64,000 nucleotides of DNA from Histomonas meleagridis 2922-C6/04-290x (GCA_020184695.1 JAANOX010000258.1:310001-374000); one strand, 5' to 3'. Positions 34,182 to 45,648 are shown, counted from the first letter of the stretch. The notes: generated by a model from the sequence alone, not told the origin. A program made the numbers and translations.

Positions 34182-36647
34182 TTAAATATTAACAAAACGT
34201 TCTTCTTTGAAATCTTCTGCAAATGGGTCTTCATCAATAACATTCATATTACCCATTGAAAATGTGCCAATACTTTTATTTTCATTCACTTCATAACTAA
34301 CAACACTTTCGTTTTTATTTTTGTTATGAGAACGAATAACAAAAACAACAACGAATACAATAATTAAAATTATAACAACTAAAACACATACAATAATTAT
34401 AATGATAATATTATTATTAAATTGATTTTCATTATTATTTTGTTCATTTTGTTTGATAATTGTATAAAAATCTGAATAAAAATAAAAATATGTCGAATAT
34501 TGAACAAATGTATAATTATAACAAATGAATTCTGTGATTAGATATGTAAATGATGATGATATCATTGAAATGACATATGTATTTGTTACAAATGAATAAT
34601 TAATAATAGTATTAACATAAGATAAAGAATATTTCATTGTTAATGAATGCGATATTGTTGTATAAAATTCTAATATATCACTTATAAATGTATTTGATTG
34701 AGAATATGTATTTGATTGTGAAAATGTATTTGATTGTGAAAATGTATTTGATTGAGAATATGTATTTGATTGAGAATATGTATTTGATTGAGAATATGTA
34801 TTTGATTGTGAAAATGTATTTGATTGAGAATATGTATTTGATTGAGAATATGTATTTGATTGAGAATATGTATTTGATTGTGAAAATGTATTTGATTGTG
34901 AAAATGTATTTGATTGTGAAAATGTATTTGATTGAGAATATGTATTTGATTGAGAATATGTATTTGATTGAGAATATGTATTTGATTGAGAATATGTATT
35001 TGATTGAGAATATGTATTTGATTGTGAAAATGTATTTGATTGTGAAAATGTATTTGATTGAGAATATGTATTTGATTGAGAATATGTATTTGATTGAGAA
35101 TATGTATTTGATTGTGAAAATGTATTTGATTGAGAATATGTATTTGATTGAGAATATGTATTTGATTGTGAAAATGTATTTGATTGTGAAAATGTATTTG
35201 ATTGTGAAAATGTATTTGATTGTGAAAATGTATTTGATTGAGAATATGTATTTGATTGAGAATATGTATTTGATTGAGAATATGTATTTGATTGTGAAAA
35301 TGTATTTGATTGAGAATATGTATTTGATTGAGAATATGTATTAGATTGAGAATATGTATTTGATTGTGAATATGTATTTGATTGTGAAAATGTATTTGAT
35401 TTTGTAAATGGATATAATTCTGTCGGTGTAAATTGAAGTGTTGACATTATAGAGCAACCAGAAGCTGCAGTCGTAATTGCATTAAATCCTCCAAATGTAC
35501 TCCCTTGATATGAATTTAATACCATAATATCGATACTGATTGTGCAACTACTAAAAGCATCTTCGTTAATTTCTGGTTCAGTTTCTCCATAAAAATAAAA
35601 ACATTTCAGTGAATTACAAGCGCGAAACGCATTAGTTCCTATTGATTTTACATTTTTGCCGATATATATTGTAGTTAAACTAGAACATGATGAAAATAAG
35701 CTAGTTGGAATTTCTGATACTTCATTAGAAATGGTGAAAGTTTTTAGATTGGAACATACAAAAAATGCAAACATTTCAAAACTATTAATTTTTTCACAAT
35801 TAATAATCTCTTCCAAATTGGTAGCATGATAGAATGCGCCCTTTTTTATAGCAGTAACAGTTGATGGAATCTCATACACAGAACCTGTTTTTGTTGGAGG
35901 ATAATAAATTATTGTTTGTACATTTTTATCATAAAGAACATCATCATTATTTAAATTACAATAATTTTTATTATTTGGTGCAACTTTATAATATGCTATT
36001 TTAGCGCAAAGATTAAAAGCAGAATCTCCAATTGAAGTAACTGAAGCTGGAATTGTTATGCCACTCAATGCAGTACCCTGAAATGCAATCCCGCCAATGG
36101 TTTCAACATTTTCTCCTAAAATTATTGATTCCAAATTTGAACAAGAATCAAAAGCTTGAAGATTAATTGCTGTAACAGAACTTCCAATTACAACTGATAT
36201 CAAAGATTTCCATGATTGAAATGCAAAATTATCAATTGTTGTGACTCCACTTTCAATTATAAGATATTTAGTCAAATCTTTATATGAAGATCGATTATTG
36301 TAGTCATCTAAGGTCGTGATTGTGAATGTTTCTTCTGAAAAAGCTTCACTTGAATGTATAAAATATAGAATGAATATCAATAGAAGAAATTTATTGGTGA
36401 TATTTTCATAAGATTTTAAATGTAATTTTTTTTTAAAATAACTCTTTTTGAAAAATAATAAAGCAGCAAAAAACATAATTGAAATTACTAAAACATTATC
36501 AATTTTGATAAATGAAGACAAAACATTAGAATCTCTTGCTGATACAAGAAAAAAATCGGGTGTACACTTCGAAGTTATTTGCTTATCTTCATAATAAGTG
36601 CAAGAGCAAATTTCAAGCATTGTAAGAATAGTCCAGTGTGCAAACAT
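34182..36647 (-). CDS. BspA-like LRR surface protein with a tandem-repeat stalk, TM segment and acidic DPF tail
   Basis: TpLRR repeats (IPASVTSIGDSAFNLC), about 39 SQSNT(Y/F) units, TM IIIIIIVCVLVVIILIIVFVVVFVI, tail DEDPFAEDFKEERF. Confidence 0.9.
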   Translation of the reverse strand: MFAHWTILTMLEICSCTYYEDKQITSKCTPDFFLVSARDSNVLSSFIKIDNVLVISIMFFAALLFFKKSYFKKKLHLKSYENITNKFLLLIFILYFIHSSEAFSEETFTITTLDDYNNRSSYKDLTKYLIIESGVTTIDNFAFQSWKSLISVVIGSSVTAINLQAFDSCSNLESIILGENVETIGGIAFQGTALSGITIPASVTSIGDSAFNLCAKIAYYKVAPNNKNYCNLNNDDVLYDKNVQTIIYYPPTKTGSVYEIPSTVTAIKKGAFYHATNLEEIINCEKINSFEMFAFFVCSNLKTFTISNEVSEIPTSLFSSCSSLTTIYIGKNVKSIGTNAFRACNSLKCFYFYGETEPEINEDAFSSCTISIDIMVLNSYQGSTFGGFNAITTAASGCSIMSTLQFTPTELYPFTKSNTFSQSNTYSQSNTYSQSNTYSQSNTYSQSNTFSQSNTYSQSNTYSQSNTYSQSNTFSQSNTFSQSNTFSQSNTFSQSNTYSQSNTYSQSNTFSQSNTYSQSNTYSQSNTYSQSNTFSQSNTFSQSNTYSQSNTYSQSNTYSQSNTYSQSNTYSQSNTFSQSNTFSQSNTFSQSNTYSQSNTYSQSNTYSQSNTFSQSNTYSQSNTYSQSNTYSQSNTFSQSNTFSQSNTYSQSNTFISDILEFYTTISHSLTMKYSLSYVNTIINYSFVTNTYVISMISSSFTYLITEFICYNYTFVQYSTYFYFYSDFYTIIKQNEQNNNENQFNNNIIIIIIVCVLVVIILIIVFVVVFVIRSHNKNKNESVVSYEVNENKSIGTFSMGNMNVIDEDPFAEDFKEERFVNI
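34685..35400 (-). repeat. 18-bp coding tandem repeat, about 39 copies of two alleles (SQSNTY / SQSNTF)
   Basis: On the plus strand the units read GTATTTGATTGAGAATAT versus GTATTTGATTGTGAAAAT, with no unique spacers. Confidence 0.95.
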
Positions 36648-37243
36648 ATTGGGGAGAATAATATGGTAATTAACCGATTTTGGTTCTCAAATTCCATGAT
36701 TCTGAAGTTCGATCATTCAAATTCAGTATGTAAATGAGATAATTTTCCATGAAAAATTATCAAGAAACTTTTTGATTACTTTAGTGAAAATTTTCACTAA
36801 CAAAAAAATCAGCCCAATAGATCTCTTAGCAAATTTAAATTCATAATCTACATGCCATATATGATAAAAAAAATTCATATCTAAGGAATCGTAACATAAT
36901 GTTTCGCAAAATTATCATATTATAATTTTTTATGGTTTATATGGAAATTTGGATTATATCGGTCTTACTTTTTAAATACCACACAACACCAATGCACAAC
37001 AGATGTTCGATTCGAATAGAACCAATAAATGATAAAAAACCAATTGCATACAACGACAAATGTTATTTTATTATTTACTTTTTCCATTAAAATTGTTTAA
37101 ACATAAAACAAAACATTTAAAAATAACAAAATAAACTAAAATTTTTTAATCACAACACAAACATCACTTTACGTAAAGTTTCTTTTTTAAAGGCAATGGA
37201 ATATCAGGAGACAAATTACTTTTAATACTTTTTATCCCAACAT

Positions 37244-37618
37244 TTACCTCAAAACGTTTTGTTGTTTTAAAGGCTCAGCTCTATGTGGTAAAGTTCGTAA
37301 GAACTCATCTGTCATTTTTCTTGCAGCTTCTTGTGAAGCTCTAATTTGCGCTTGCTTATTTAATTGACTTTTATTTTGTTGTTGATTTGTATTAAATCTT
37401 CTTTTTTTAATCGGCGTAATATTATTTGGATTTGTTAATGGCACAATTTTGTTTTGTTGCTGTTGTGTATCAATACTTTTAGGAAAAACGATGTTGTTCC
37501 ATACTGGTATTTGTGTGTATTGTTGTTGAGGCTTTTATTCTTGTTGTTGTAACTTATTATCTGTTTTAAAATTCTTTTTACGTGAAATATTTCGTTTTTG
37601 TTGAATCTTTTGATGCAT
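37244..37618 (-). pseudogene. Gln-rich ORF interrupted by one in-frame TAA (37535-37537)
   Basis: ATG at 37618 is in frame with ORF 37244..37444. The only interruption is CAA CAA GAA TAA AAG CCT CAA. Confidence 0.4.
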
Positions 37619-37770
37619 TATTCTTTCGAATTGTGCAACTCTTTGAACTTTATGATTAGAATGAAGTGAATATATTAATATACAATTGTATTTTTTACTG
37701 TTTTGCTCTCCAAAAACTGTTTTAAGGTTTAAATGGGTGGGTGTGCCACTGCTAAACCTGTGTTTATTTT

Positions 37771-40700
37771 TTATATTATTTCTTTAATCAATTCAACGAT
37801 TTCATTATGACCATTTTTATATGCATACATTATTGCTGTTTTATATAATTTAATTAATTTCCAAATATTATTTTGTACCATGTTATCAAAACAAATTTCA
37901 TATGAAGCAAATTAATTTCTTTAATATTAGTATCAATTCCTTCTTGGTTAATAAATAATTTTACAATATCTTTATGACCTCTATCGCAAGCATAAGTTAA
38001 TGCTGTCATAAATAATAAGGATAAAAATTAAACAACAGTTTGAAATATAAAGAAATTAAAACATACATTAAATTTGATAAATTAATATCTTTAGTATTAA
38101 TATCAATTCCTTTTTGTTCAAGAAGTAATTTAACTATATCAAAATTACCTTTTGTGGATGCTGCTATAAGTGCTGTACTAAATACATAGTATATTTTCCA
38201 AATATTTTTATGCAATATTAAATATTTATTATAAATAATATTTTGCACATTAATTTCAATTCCTTCTTGTTCAAGAAGTAATTTAACTATTTCTGTTTGA
38301 CCGTTTGCTGCGGCGCGAATAAGTGCTGTTCGAAATAAATTGAATAATTTCCAAATACTATTTTGAAATCCAAAATTTTTGCTATTAATATTGTCTTTTG
38401 CATTGATATCAATCCCTTCTTGTTCAAGAAGCAATTTTACTATTTCGTTATTACTTTTTGCTGAAGCGGTTATAAGTACTGATAAAAATAATATTAATAT
38501 TTTCCAGATTTTTTTTTGAATCATGAAGAAATTGGAAAAAAAAATATCTTTAGCATTAATATCAATTCCTTTTTGTTCAAGAAGTAATTTAACTATTTCT
38601 GTTTTACTATTATTGACAGCATAAAAAAGTGGTGTCTTAAGTAAATTGTATCAATTCCATTTATCGTTTTAAAATATAAAATAATTAAAATTTTTAGGTG
38701 TAAATCAAATAAATATTTTTAGGATTAATATCAATACCCTTTTGTTCAAGAAGTAATTTAACTATTTCTACATTGCCATTGAAAGTTGCACACTCAAGTG
38801 CTGTACCAAATAATTTAAATAATTTCCAAATGTTATATTGAAATATTAAACAATTAAAGTTATTATTTGCTTTAGCATTAATATCAATATCATTTCGTTC
38901 AAGAAGTAATTTAACCATCTTTAAAAAACCACCACAACATGCACGCATAAGCGGATTTAGAAATATTTTAAATAATTTCCAAAATTTATTTTGAATCTTT
39001 AAGTGATTGGGAAAAAAATTATCTTTAGCATTGATATCAATTCCTTTTTGTTCAAGTAGTAATTTAACATTTTCTATCTGATTACTTGCAGATGCTAAAA
39101 TAAGTGCAGTATTAAATAATTAAAATAATTTCCAAATATTATTTTGAAATATAAAATTATTAATATTAATTTTGAATAAAATAAATTAATATCTTCAGCA
39201 TTAATATCAATTCCTTCTTGTTCAAGAAGTAATTTGCAAATCTCTATGTAATCACTCACAGATGCTAAAATAAGTGCTGTACTAAACAATTTGAAAAATT
39301 TCCAAATACTTTTTTAAAAAATTGAATTATTATAATATTCATTTGTTTTAGCATTAATATCAATACCTTTTTGCTTAAGAAGTAATTTAACTATTTCTGT
39401 ATTACCGTTTTCAGATGCTTTCATAAGTGCTGTTTTAAATAATTTAAATAATTTCCAAATGTTATTGTGAAATACCAAATTATTAAAATAAATGTTAAAT
39501 GAAACAAATAAATATCTTTAGCATTGACATCAATGCCTTCTTGTTTAAGAAGTAATTTTACTATTTCATAACAACTTTTATTAGATGCATAAATAAGTGC
39601 TGTACAAAATATTCTTAATAATTTCCAAACACTAATTTATAACATCATATTAAACATATAAATTTTATCATTAGCATTGATATCAATTCCTTTATGCTCT
39701 AGAAGAGATTTAACAATTTTTACACGAGCATTTTTAGTAGCTATAATAAGTGCTGTTTCATATTATTTAAATAATTTCCAAATATTTTTTAAAAATATTA
39801 AATAAACGAAAAAAAAAATTATATAAAATCTAAAAATATTTTTAGCATTAATATCAATTCTTTCATGTTTAAGAAGTAATTTGGTTAAAGGGCATAACAC
39901 ATTTCCAACTGCGATTAAAAGTGCTGTATCACATTATTTAAATAATTTCCAAATTTTATTTTGAAATATTAAAAAATCTAAAAAAATTTTAATTAAAATA
40001 TATGAATATCTTTAACATTTACATCAATTTTTTCATGTTTAAGAAGTAATTTAAATATTCTGATTGAACTCTTTAGGGATAGTGTAAGAACTGTATTAAA
40101 TATTTTCTATATATTCCAAATATCATTTTTAAATCTTAAAATATTAAAATTAATAATAAATGAAACAAATAAAAGTCCATAGCATTAACATCAATTCCTT
40201 GTAGTTTAAGAAGTTTTTCAAAAATATCAAAATTGCCATATTGACATGCCAACAAAAGACCTGTTCTAAATAATATAAATAGATTCCAAAAATTAATTTG
40301 AAACATAAAACTATATAAACGAATTTTAAACAAAAGAAATAAATATCTTTAGCATTTATATTAATTGATTTTTGTCTCAGAAGTTTTTGAAAAATATAAT
40401 CATGACCTTTGGTGCATGCAAGCAAAAACGCTTTATCGAATAATTTAAATAATTTCCAATTATTATTTTAAAACACCAAAATTTTCAAATAAATATTATT
40501 GATGTCTATTCCCTCATAATCAAGTATTAAATTAACAAGATCACAATTTCCGGAATTAGAAGCAAATGACAAAATATTTGTTGGAATTGGGTAAATATCA
40601 AGAAAGTGTTTCACAAGGAATAAATTTCCTGATGATGCAAATAGATTAATAATATTTTCATCTATATTCATTCCTTTTTCAATCAAAAACTGAATAATCA

Positions 40701-41634
40701 CAAAGTTATTATATTTTAAACAAATTTCTACCAAACCTTTATACATATTTTTATTATTTTGTAACCGTTCAAATTGGTTTTCATAAAAATATTTAAAGAT
40801 ATCATTACGATGAAATTTAATTGCTGTTTCAAATGCGTACGAAAATATTGAATGATATTGTAAACATAAATGAATTATCTCTAAGTTTCCATCTGCAATT
40901 GCATATCTACCTGTGTTATTTACTATTGCGCCATTCATAAGTAAATATTTAAAACATTTAATCGATCCAAAGTATGCAGCATAATCAATTAATAAAGTGT
41001 TAGATTGATTAATATAAGAACACCTTTCATAGAGAGAAGGTTTAATAATTTGATTAAATCTAAATTTAGGATGAGATGATATTTCTTGAAGCTTTTCTAT
41101 ATCATCATTTCGAATTATTTTTGCAATTTCATTTGGATTAACTCCTTCTTTAATCAATTTCTTATGAAGTTCAAAATTATTCTTTTTAAGTTCTTCATAA
41201 TTTTCTTTATAAAATTCTGGAAGCATTGGGTCTGAATTGTAGTGTGAAAAATATTTTGTACTTAAATTATTGGCAGATAAAGAATCAATTAAATCGGATT
41301 CAATTATTTTACCTATAAGATAATATGATTCTTGTGAGTTAATTCCAAAGTTTATTCGAATAAACTTTTTTATAATATTAACATCATTAATCTCATTTAA
41401 ATTTTCTTGAATTAATTGTAAATATTTAAGATATATTTCGTGTTCCTGCATAAGAGATGAAAATGCAAAATTAATAAGTGAGCAAATAATATCACAGCTT
41501 GAATAAATGTAAAATTTATCAAGTAAACAGATTGTTTGTTGAACTGAATCATCAAGGTTTTTTATGGATAAATTAAATATAATTTGTTCGAGTTGTATAA
41601 GTTTTTGTAATTCGGTGATCCTATTGGATTCCAT
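37771..41634 (-). CDS. DUF3447-ankyrin repeat gene, locus D. Continuous ORF to about 40495, then 17 ankyrin blocks separated by spacers
   Basis: Motifs [16 protein letters not shown] and LIDYAAYFGSIKCFKYL. The blocks are stop-free, and the terminal block TAIMYAYKNGHNEIVELIKEII ends in TAA at 37771. Confidence 0.72.
37840..40494 (-). repeat. Ankyrin block/spacer array, 17 spacers in two main length classes (80 and 63 nt)
   Basis: Spacer lengths in gene order: 60,80,80,80,81,63,80,63,80,63,63,79,63,63,63,80,77. Coding blocks are 90 nt (one is 87). Confidence 0.85.
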
Positions 41635-41898
41635 AAATGAAGATATGTGACAATATTTGTATGAAGAACAAAGATATTGTTTTAACCGCTATGTAAAACA
41701 AACAAAATTAGTAATGTAAAGAGTTCAAATTCGAGCTTATATATAAATTTATTTAATTCAGTTGATTTTGTTTGTTCGAAATTTTATTCATTTGTAAAAA
41801 CAAAAAATAATTCTTAAAATATTTTAAAAACAAAATAAATCCAGCGCAAGAAAATTTATTATTATTAATTAATTCCTCGAATCATATAACAAATTATT

Positions 41899-44800
41899 TC
41901 ATACATCAGATACCAATGTAGCGAAAACTTTTTCGAAGTATTCGTGAGGCTTCATTTCATTTTCTTTTCTTACCACTCTATCCGCGATTACAGCTGTTGT
42001 TCTTACGAAGTATCCAAGTTCTTTCGGCCCTACAATTGAATCCGGTGGCAATGGGAAGAAGTTCAATTCTTGATTTTTCCTTTTCGCGATAACTCTATAT
42101 AAACCATTTGGATAAGGGAACACAATAATATGAGCGTCATTAAATTGGGAAGAAATTACAGAAGTATCATAACCCAAAGTATTTTCGCACCATACTATAT
42201 GAACATGATCATTACCGATATGTCTTTTTTTGTCGATCTTTTGTTCATCATTAGGGTCATCAGGTAATAATGTTGACACATGAAACATTACTTCCATTTG
42301 TCGATTACAATAATAAACAGATTTACCATTACCGGAAAGTTTACCATTATAACCTTTATGTGTACTTATGTCTATAAAACAACCTAATGAAAACAAAAAA
42401 TCTTTAAATCGTTGTGAACAATTCTTTTCGGTGTTTGCTAAGATACTCTTTTGATCAAATTGATCAGGACCGACATATAAAACGCCGATTTTTATTTGTT
42501 CATAACGTGGCGCAGAGAAAACAGAGTTAATCTTTACTTTAAATAATGGCGTTCGTTGAATATAATGTATATCATTACCACAAAATGTAGTAAAGAAAGA
42601 ACGTGAAGCTTCATTTGAACATGTTAATGAAATAAATGAATTTTCAATTGTGTTATTATTATTATTATTTGTTAATTCTTTAAATGTGTTGAAAAATTGT
42701 TCTTCATCAATAACATTTGTTGGTATTTCCGCTGGTTTAATATTTGTCGGATAATTATTTGTTGTTGTTTGAGGTATCGGAAATACATCTTGAAGACATA
42801 ATAAAAGTTGATGATTTTCTTCTTTTTGGAATTCTTCATTTGAAATTGAAGTTTTTGATTCAGTTATAGGTATTAATTTATTATTATTTATATTATACCA
42901 TTTTTCTTCATTAGTTTCAAATGGATCAACATGGAAATGCATTGAAGAATTTAATGAATGTGTATAAAAATCAAATGATTCTTCTTTATTAAATTTAATT
43001 GATACTAAATACTTATTTTCAATTGTAAAATGTAAATCAAGTTGTTCTGGATCAATAGTATAAGGTAAATATTTAGTATATAATGTAAAAGGTATTGAAT
43101 CAAATAAAATTGACATGTTTGTTAATTTCCGTTGTTTTAATATTAAGAAGAATTCAATGATAGCTTCTTTGAAATTAGCTATAAGATCAAAAGCAGAACG
43201 TAAAAATGTTTGATCTTGGAGATTTGGTACTATTTTCATTATAAATTCCTTATAAAAACTCGGGAACTTTTGTAATATTAAATCTTGTAAATCACTTAGA
43301 AATAAAATCATTCGGAAATTATTAATTGAACTTTCATTAATTTTCATGTTTAAAATTGATTCTTTTATCCAATCAGTTAAAAAGAATTTATCGACATATA
43401 ATTCTTTAATGAACATTGGTATTACATTATAGATTGGATATGAACCATCCGGTAATTTTTGGATTGTTAATTGTATTGCTTTAAGGAATAAATGTTTATT
43501 AATAGGATCAATTAATAACAATGATTTAGTTAACATGTTAGAATCAATTTGATTCTCATCCCATTGTGAATAAATATCACCTAATTGTGAAGGTATTGGA
43601 AAATCACAATTCTCAAAGTATATAGTATATGCAGTAACATTAAAGTTATGCATTAAATTTTTGGTAGTTTTCGATATATTTAATGATAATATAATTGTTA
43701 AAAATGGTATTAATATAAATGATGTTGGTGGACATTGTAATACTGATTGATATGCTAAATTCGCTGCTGAATTTGCAATGATACTATTTTTCGAACATAA
43801 ATATTTCATTATAGTTTCAACCCATATAATCGAATTGGAAACATCAGAGATATAAAAACCTAATTTTTCTATTGCTAAGTTTAATGAATAAAGAATTTTA
43901 ATACTTGAGTTTTGTGTTAATAAATAATTTAACATTGGTGTAACAAATCGAACCCATACAACGAATTTATTTTTAATGATATCTAATGATAAAAGGTTTT
44001 GAACAAATGATAATATAAATATAAAACATTCATATACTTCAAATTGGAATTCTTGTGGAAATGAATTCATTAATATACATGAAAAACTAATTGCTAATTC
44101 AGAATTCCAAGAATCACAATGTAATTCTAATAAACAAATCGAATTATTATCAATTAATTGTTGGATTTTAACTTTTGTTTCTCCAAATTGATCATTTGGT
44201 AATACATTAATTAATGAATATGGATCATCAAACATTTCCATACACATTTCTGTTTCTTTAGTTTCTTCTTTTAATCTCTTTTTCTTACTTAATAAGAAAG
44301 TGAAATATTCTTTAGCTTGATTAACATCGAATTCAAATAATAAAGGTGAAATAGCTACGCCCATTAATGCAATAAATATTAATGAAATCGCTTTCCATTC
44401 TTTATCAAAACTTTCTGTTTGAAGTAAGAATTTATATGCACGAACATCAACAATTTTAGCATCAAAACAAAAAGTTAAATATATTATTAACGCTGCAGCA
44501 GGATAATATTGTGATATCTCTTTGTAAATCGCTCGAAGAATTTCGGGATAATGTTCTTCGATCTTTAACACTTGAATTGGTCCTCGCCAAATGTTACGTA
44601 ATATTGTAAAGTAACGAAGCATCGATTTTTGGTTACGATTACGCTTATCAAGTAATTTAAATGTTACATATTTCGCAAACAATTGCATAAATGATGTTAT
44701 TATTTCTGGAGCAAGTGTTGCAAATATATTAAATAATGAAAATGGTTCACAATTCTCAAAATTATCTTTGGATAATGGAATCCATAACTTTGCAAACCAT

Positions 44801-45582
44801 TCAAGCATCGAATCGTTACTAAATTCATTAAAATTAAGAAGAAGATATATTAATGAGATTGCATCATTAGGTGATTCTTTCTTTAGAAGACATGCATTTC
44901 GAGCATTAACGTTCTTAAAAAGACGAACAACATCATCAAATACTGATTTGGGACAATGCCCATCTAAACAATTCATGGGAATAACATTACCATCAAGTGA
45001 TATAACTGGATATGGAATAAAAAGCGAAAGAATGACAGAACTAATGACTTCCCACCAAACAGTAATGATTTGTGGCTTTCGCTTTAAAATGTAATTACAT
45101 AGAAAACGAAATCGATCAGATAATATACGTGGCTCTTGAAGTATGTTAACATTGCATGGTGACGCTAAGAACGTGCGTTGAATTGCATCATGCCAAAGAT
45201 GAACATTAGAAGAATCGAGTAAAAATGTTACAATTTTAACTGACTTCTGCCAAACTGTGTTATAAAAATCACTATCACTCATAACCAATGGCGCATGTAA
45301 AACAATATCTCTGATTTTATTTGGAATTCTTGCAAAATCACTTGACACACGGATTTTATCGAAAACTTTGTTTGCTCTAACAAGCATTTTTATTACAGAA
45401 AAAGAGGATATTATTGCGCTTGAATATGAGTGTGAAATGGTTTGGTTTGTCTTCCTCTTTTCATCAATTGTATTATTTAGAAGCTCAATAAAAGGCGGTA
45501 GCTGATTGGAAATTTTAGTATAGTCTTCTGCTTGAATGTATTTTTTAAGTTTTGTGCACTGTTGGTTAAGCTTTTTTGTCAT
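41899..45582 (-). CDS. Large Rap/Ran-GAP domain protein (tuberin/RalGAP-like). Likely start is ATG 45582 rather than 45777
   Basis: C-terminal KIGVLYV...FLFSLG...EVMFHVSTLLP...KKRHIGNDHVHIVW. The first 65 codons of the track ORF are antisense to RPL39 and its promoter. Confidence 0.85.
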   Translation of the reverse strand: MTKKLNQQCTKLKKYIQAEDYTKISNQLPPFIELLNNTIDEKRKTNQTISHSYSSAIISSFSVIKMLVRANKVFDKIRVSSDFARIPNKIRDIVLHAPLVMSDSDFYNTVWQKSVKIVTFLLDSSNVHLWHDAIQRTFLASPCNVNILQEPRILSDRFRFLCNYILKRKPQIITVWWEVISSVILSLFIPYPVISLDGNVIPMNCLDGHCPKSVFDDVVRLFKNVNARNACLLKKESPNDAISLIYLLLNFNEFSNDSMLEWFAKLWIPLSKDNFENCEPFSLFNIFATLAPEIITSFMQLFAKYVTFKLLDKRNRNQKSMLRYFTILRNIWRGPIQVLKIEEHYPEILRAIYKEISQYYPAAALIIYLTFCFDAKIVDVRAYKFLLQTESFDKEWKAISLIFIALMGVAISPLLFEFDVNQAKEYFTFLLSKKKRLKEETKETEMCMEMFDDPYSLINVLPNDQFGETKVKIQQLIDNNSICLLELHCDSWNSELAISFSCILMNSFPQEFQFEVYECFIFILSFVQNLLSLDIIKNKFVVWVRFVTPMLNYLLTQNSSIKILYSLNLAIEKLGFYISDVSNSIIWVETIMKYLCSKNSIIANSAANLAYQSVLQCPPTSFILIPFLTIILSLNISKTTKNLMHNFNVTAYTIYFENCDFPIPSQLGDIYSQWDENQIDSNMLTKSLLLIDPINKHLFLKAIQLTIQKLPDGSYPIYNVIPMFIKELYVDKFFLTDWIKESILNMKINESSINNFRMILFLSDLQDLILQKFPSFYKEFIMKIVPNLQDQTFLRSAFDLIANFKEAIIEFFLILKQRKLTNMSILFDSIPFTLYTKYLPYTIDPEQLDLHFTIENKYLVSIKFNKEESFDFYTHSLNSSMHFHVDPFETNEEKWYNINNNKLIPITESKTSISNEEFQKEENHQLLLCLQDVFPIPQTTTNNYPTNIKPAEIPTNVIDEEQFFNTFKELTNNNNNNTIENSFISLTCSNEASRSFFTTFCGNDIHYIQRTPLFKVKINSVFSAPRYEQIKIGVLYVGPDQFDQKSILANTEKNCSQRFKDFLFSLGCFIDISTHKGYNGKLSGNGKSVYYCNRQMEVMFHVSTLLPDDPNDEQKIDKKRHIGNDHVHIVWCENTLGYDTSVISSQFNDAHIIVFPYPNGLYRVIAKRKNQELNFFPLPPDSIVGPKELGYFVRTTAVIADRVVRKENEMKPHEYFEKVFATLVSDV

Positions 45583-45648
45583 TTCTTGTTTTTTTTCTGG
45601 GATATAACCAACCGAAAATAAAACGGTTAAGTCGAACCTTTTACTGTA
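45583..45648. promoter_or_regulatory. Compact divergent promoter between RapGAP and RPL39
   Basis: 66 bp between the two ATGs. Contains AACCG (about 45610) and AACGGTT (45622-45628) in opposite orientations, plus CCTTT (M5) at about 45638. Confidence 0.6.

Noticed and set aside
34688-35344. 218-aa plus-strand ORF of MYLIEN/MYLIVK repeats; possible CRISPR-like array
   Set aside because: It is the antisense shadow of the SQSNT(Y/F) stalk. Units are contiguous with no unique spacers, and there are no cas genes.
39281-39666. TAA = Gln genetic code reassignment (TAA at CAA positions)
   Set aside because: Ribosomal proteins, ADH and others terminate at TAA, and Gln-containing ORFs of 400-1200 aa have no internal TAA.
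37840-40494. Spacers as sequencing or assembly artefacts
   Set aside because: They are 60-86 nt long, individually divergent, position-specific, and present on both strands in three loci. Errors of that form are not plausible.
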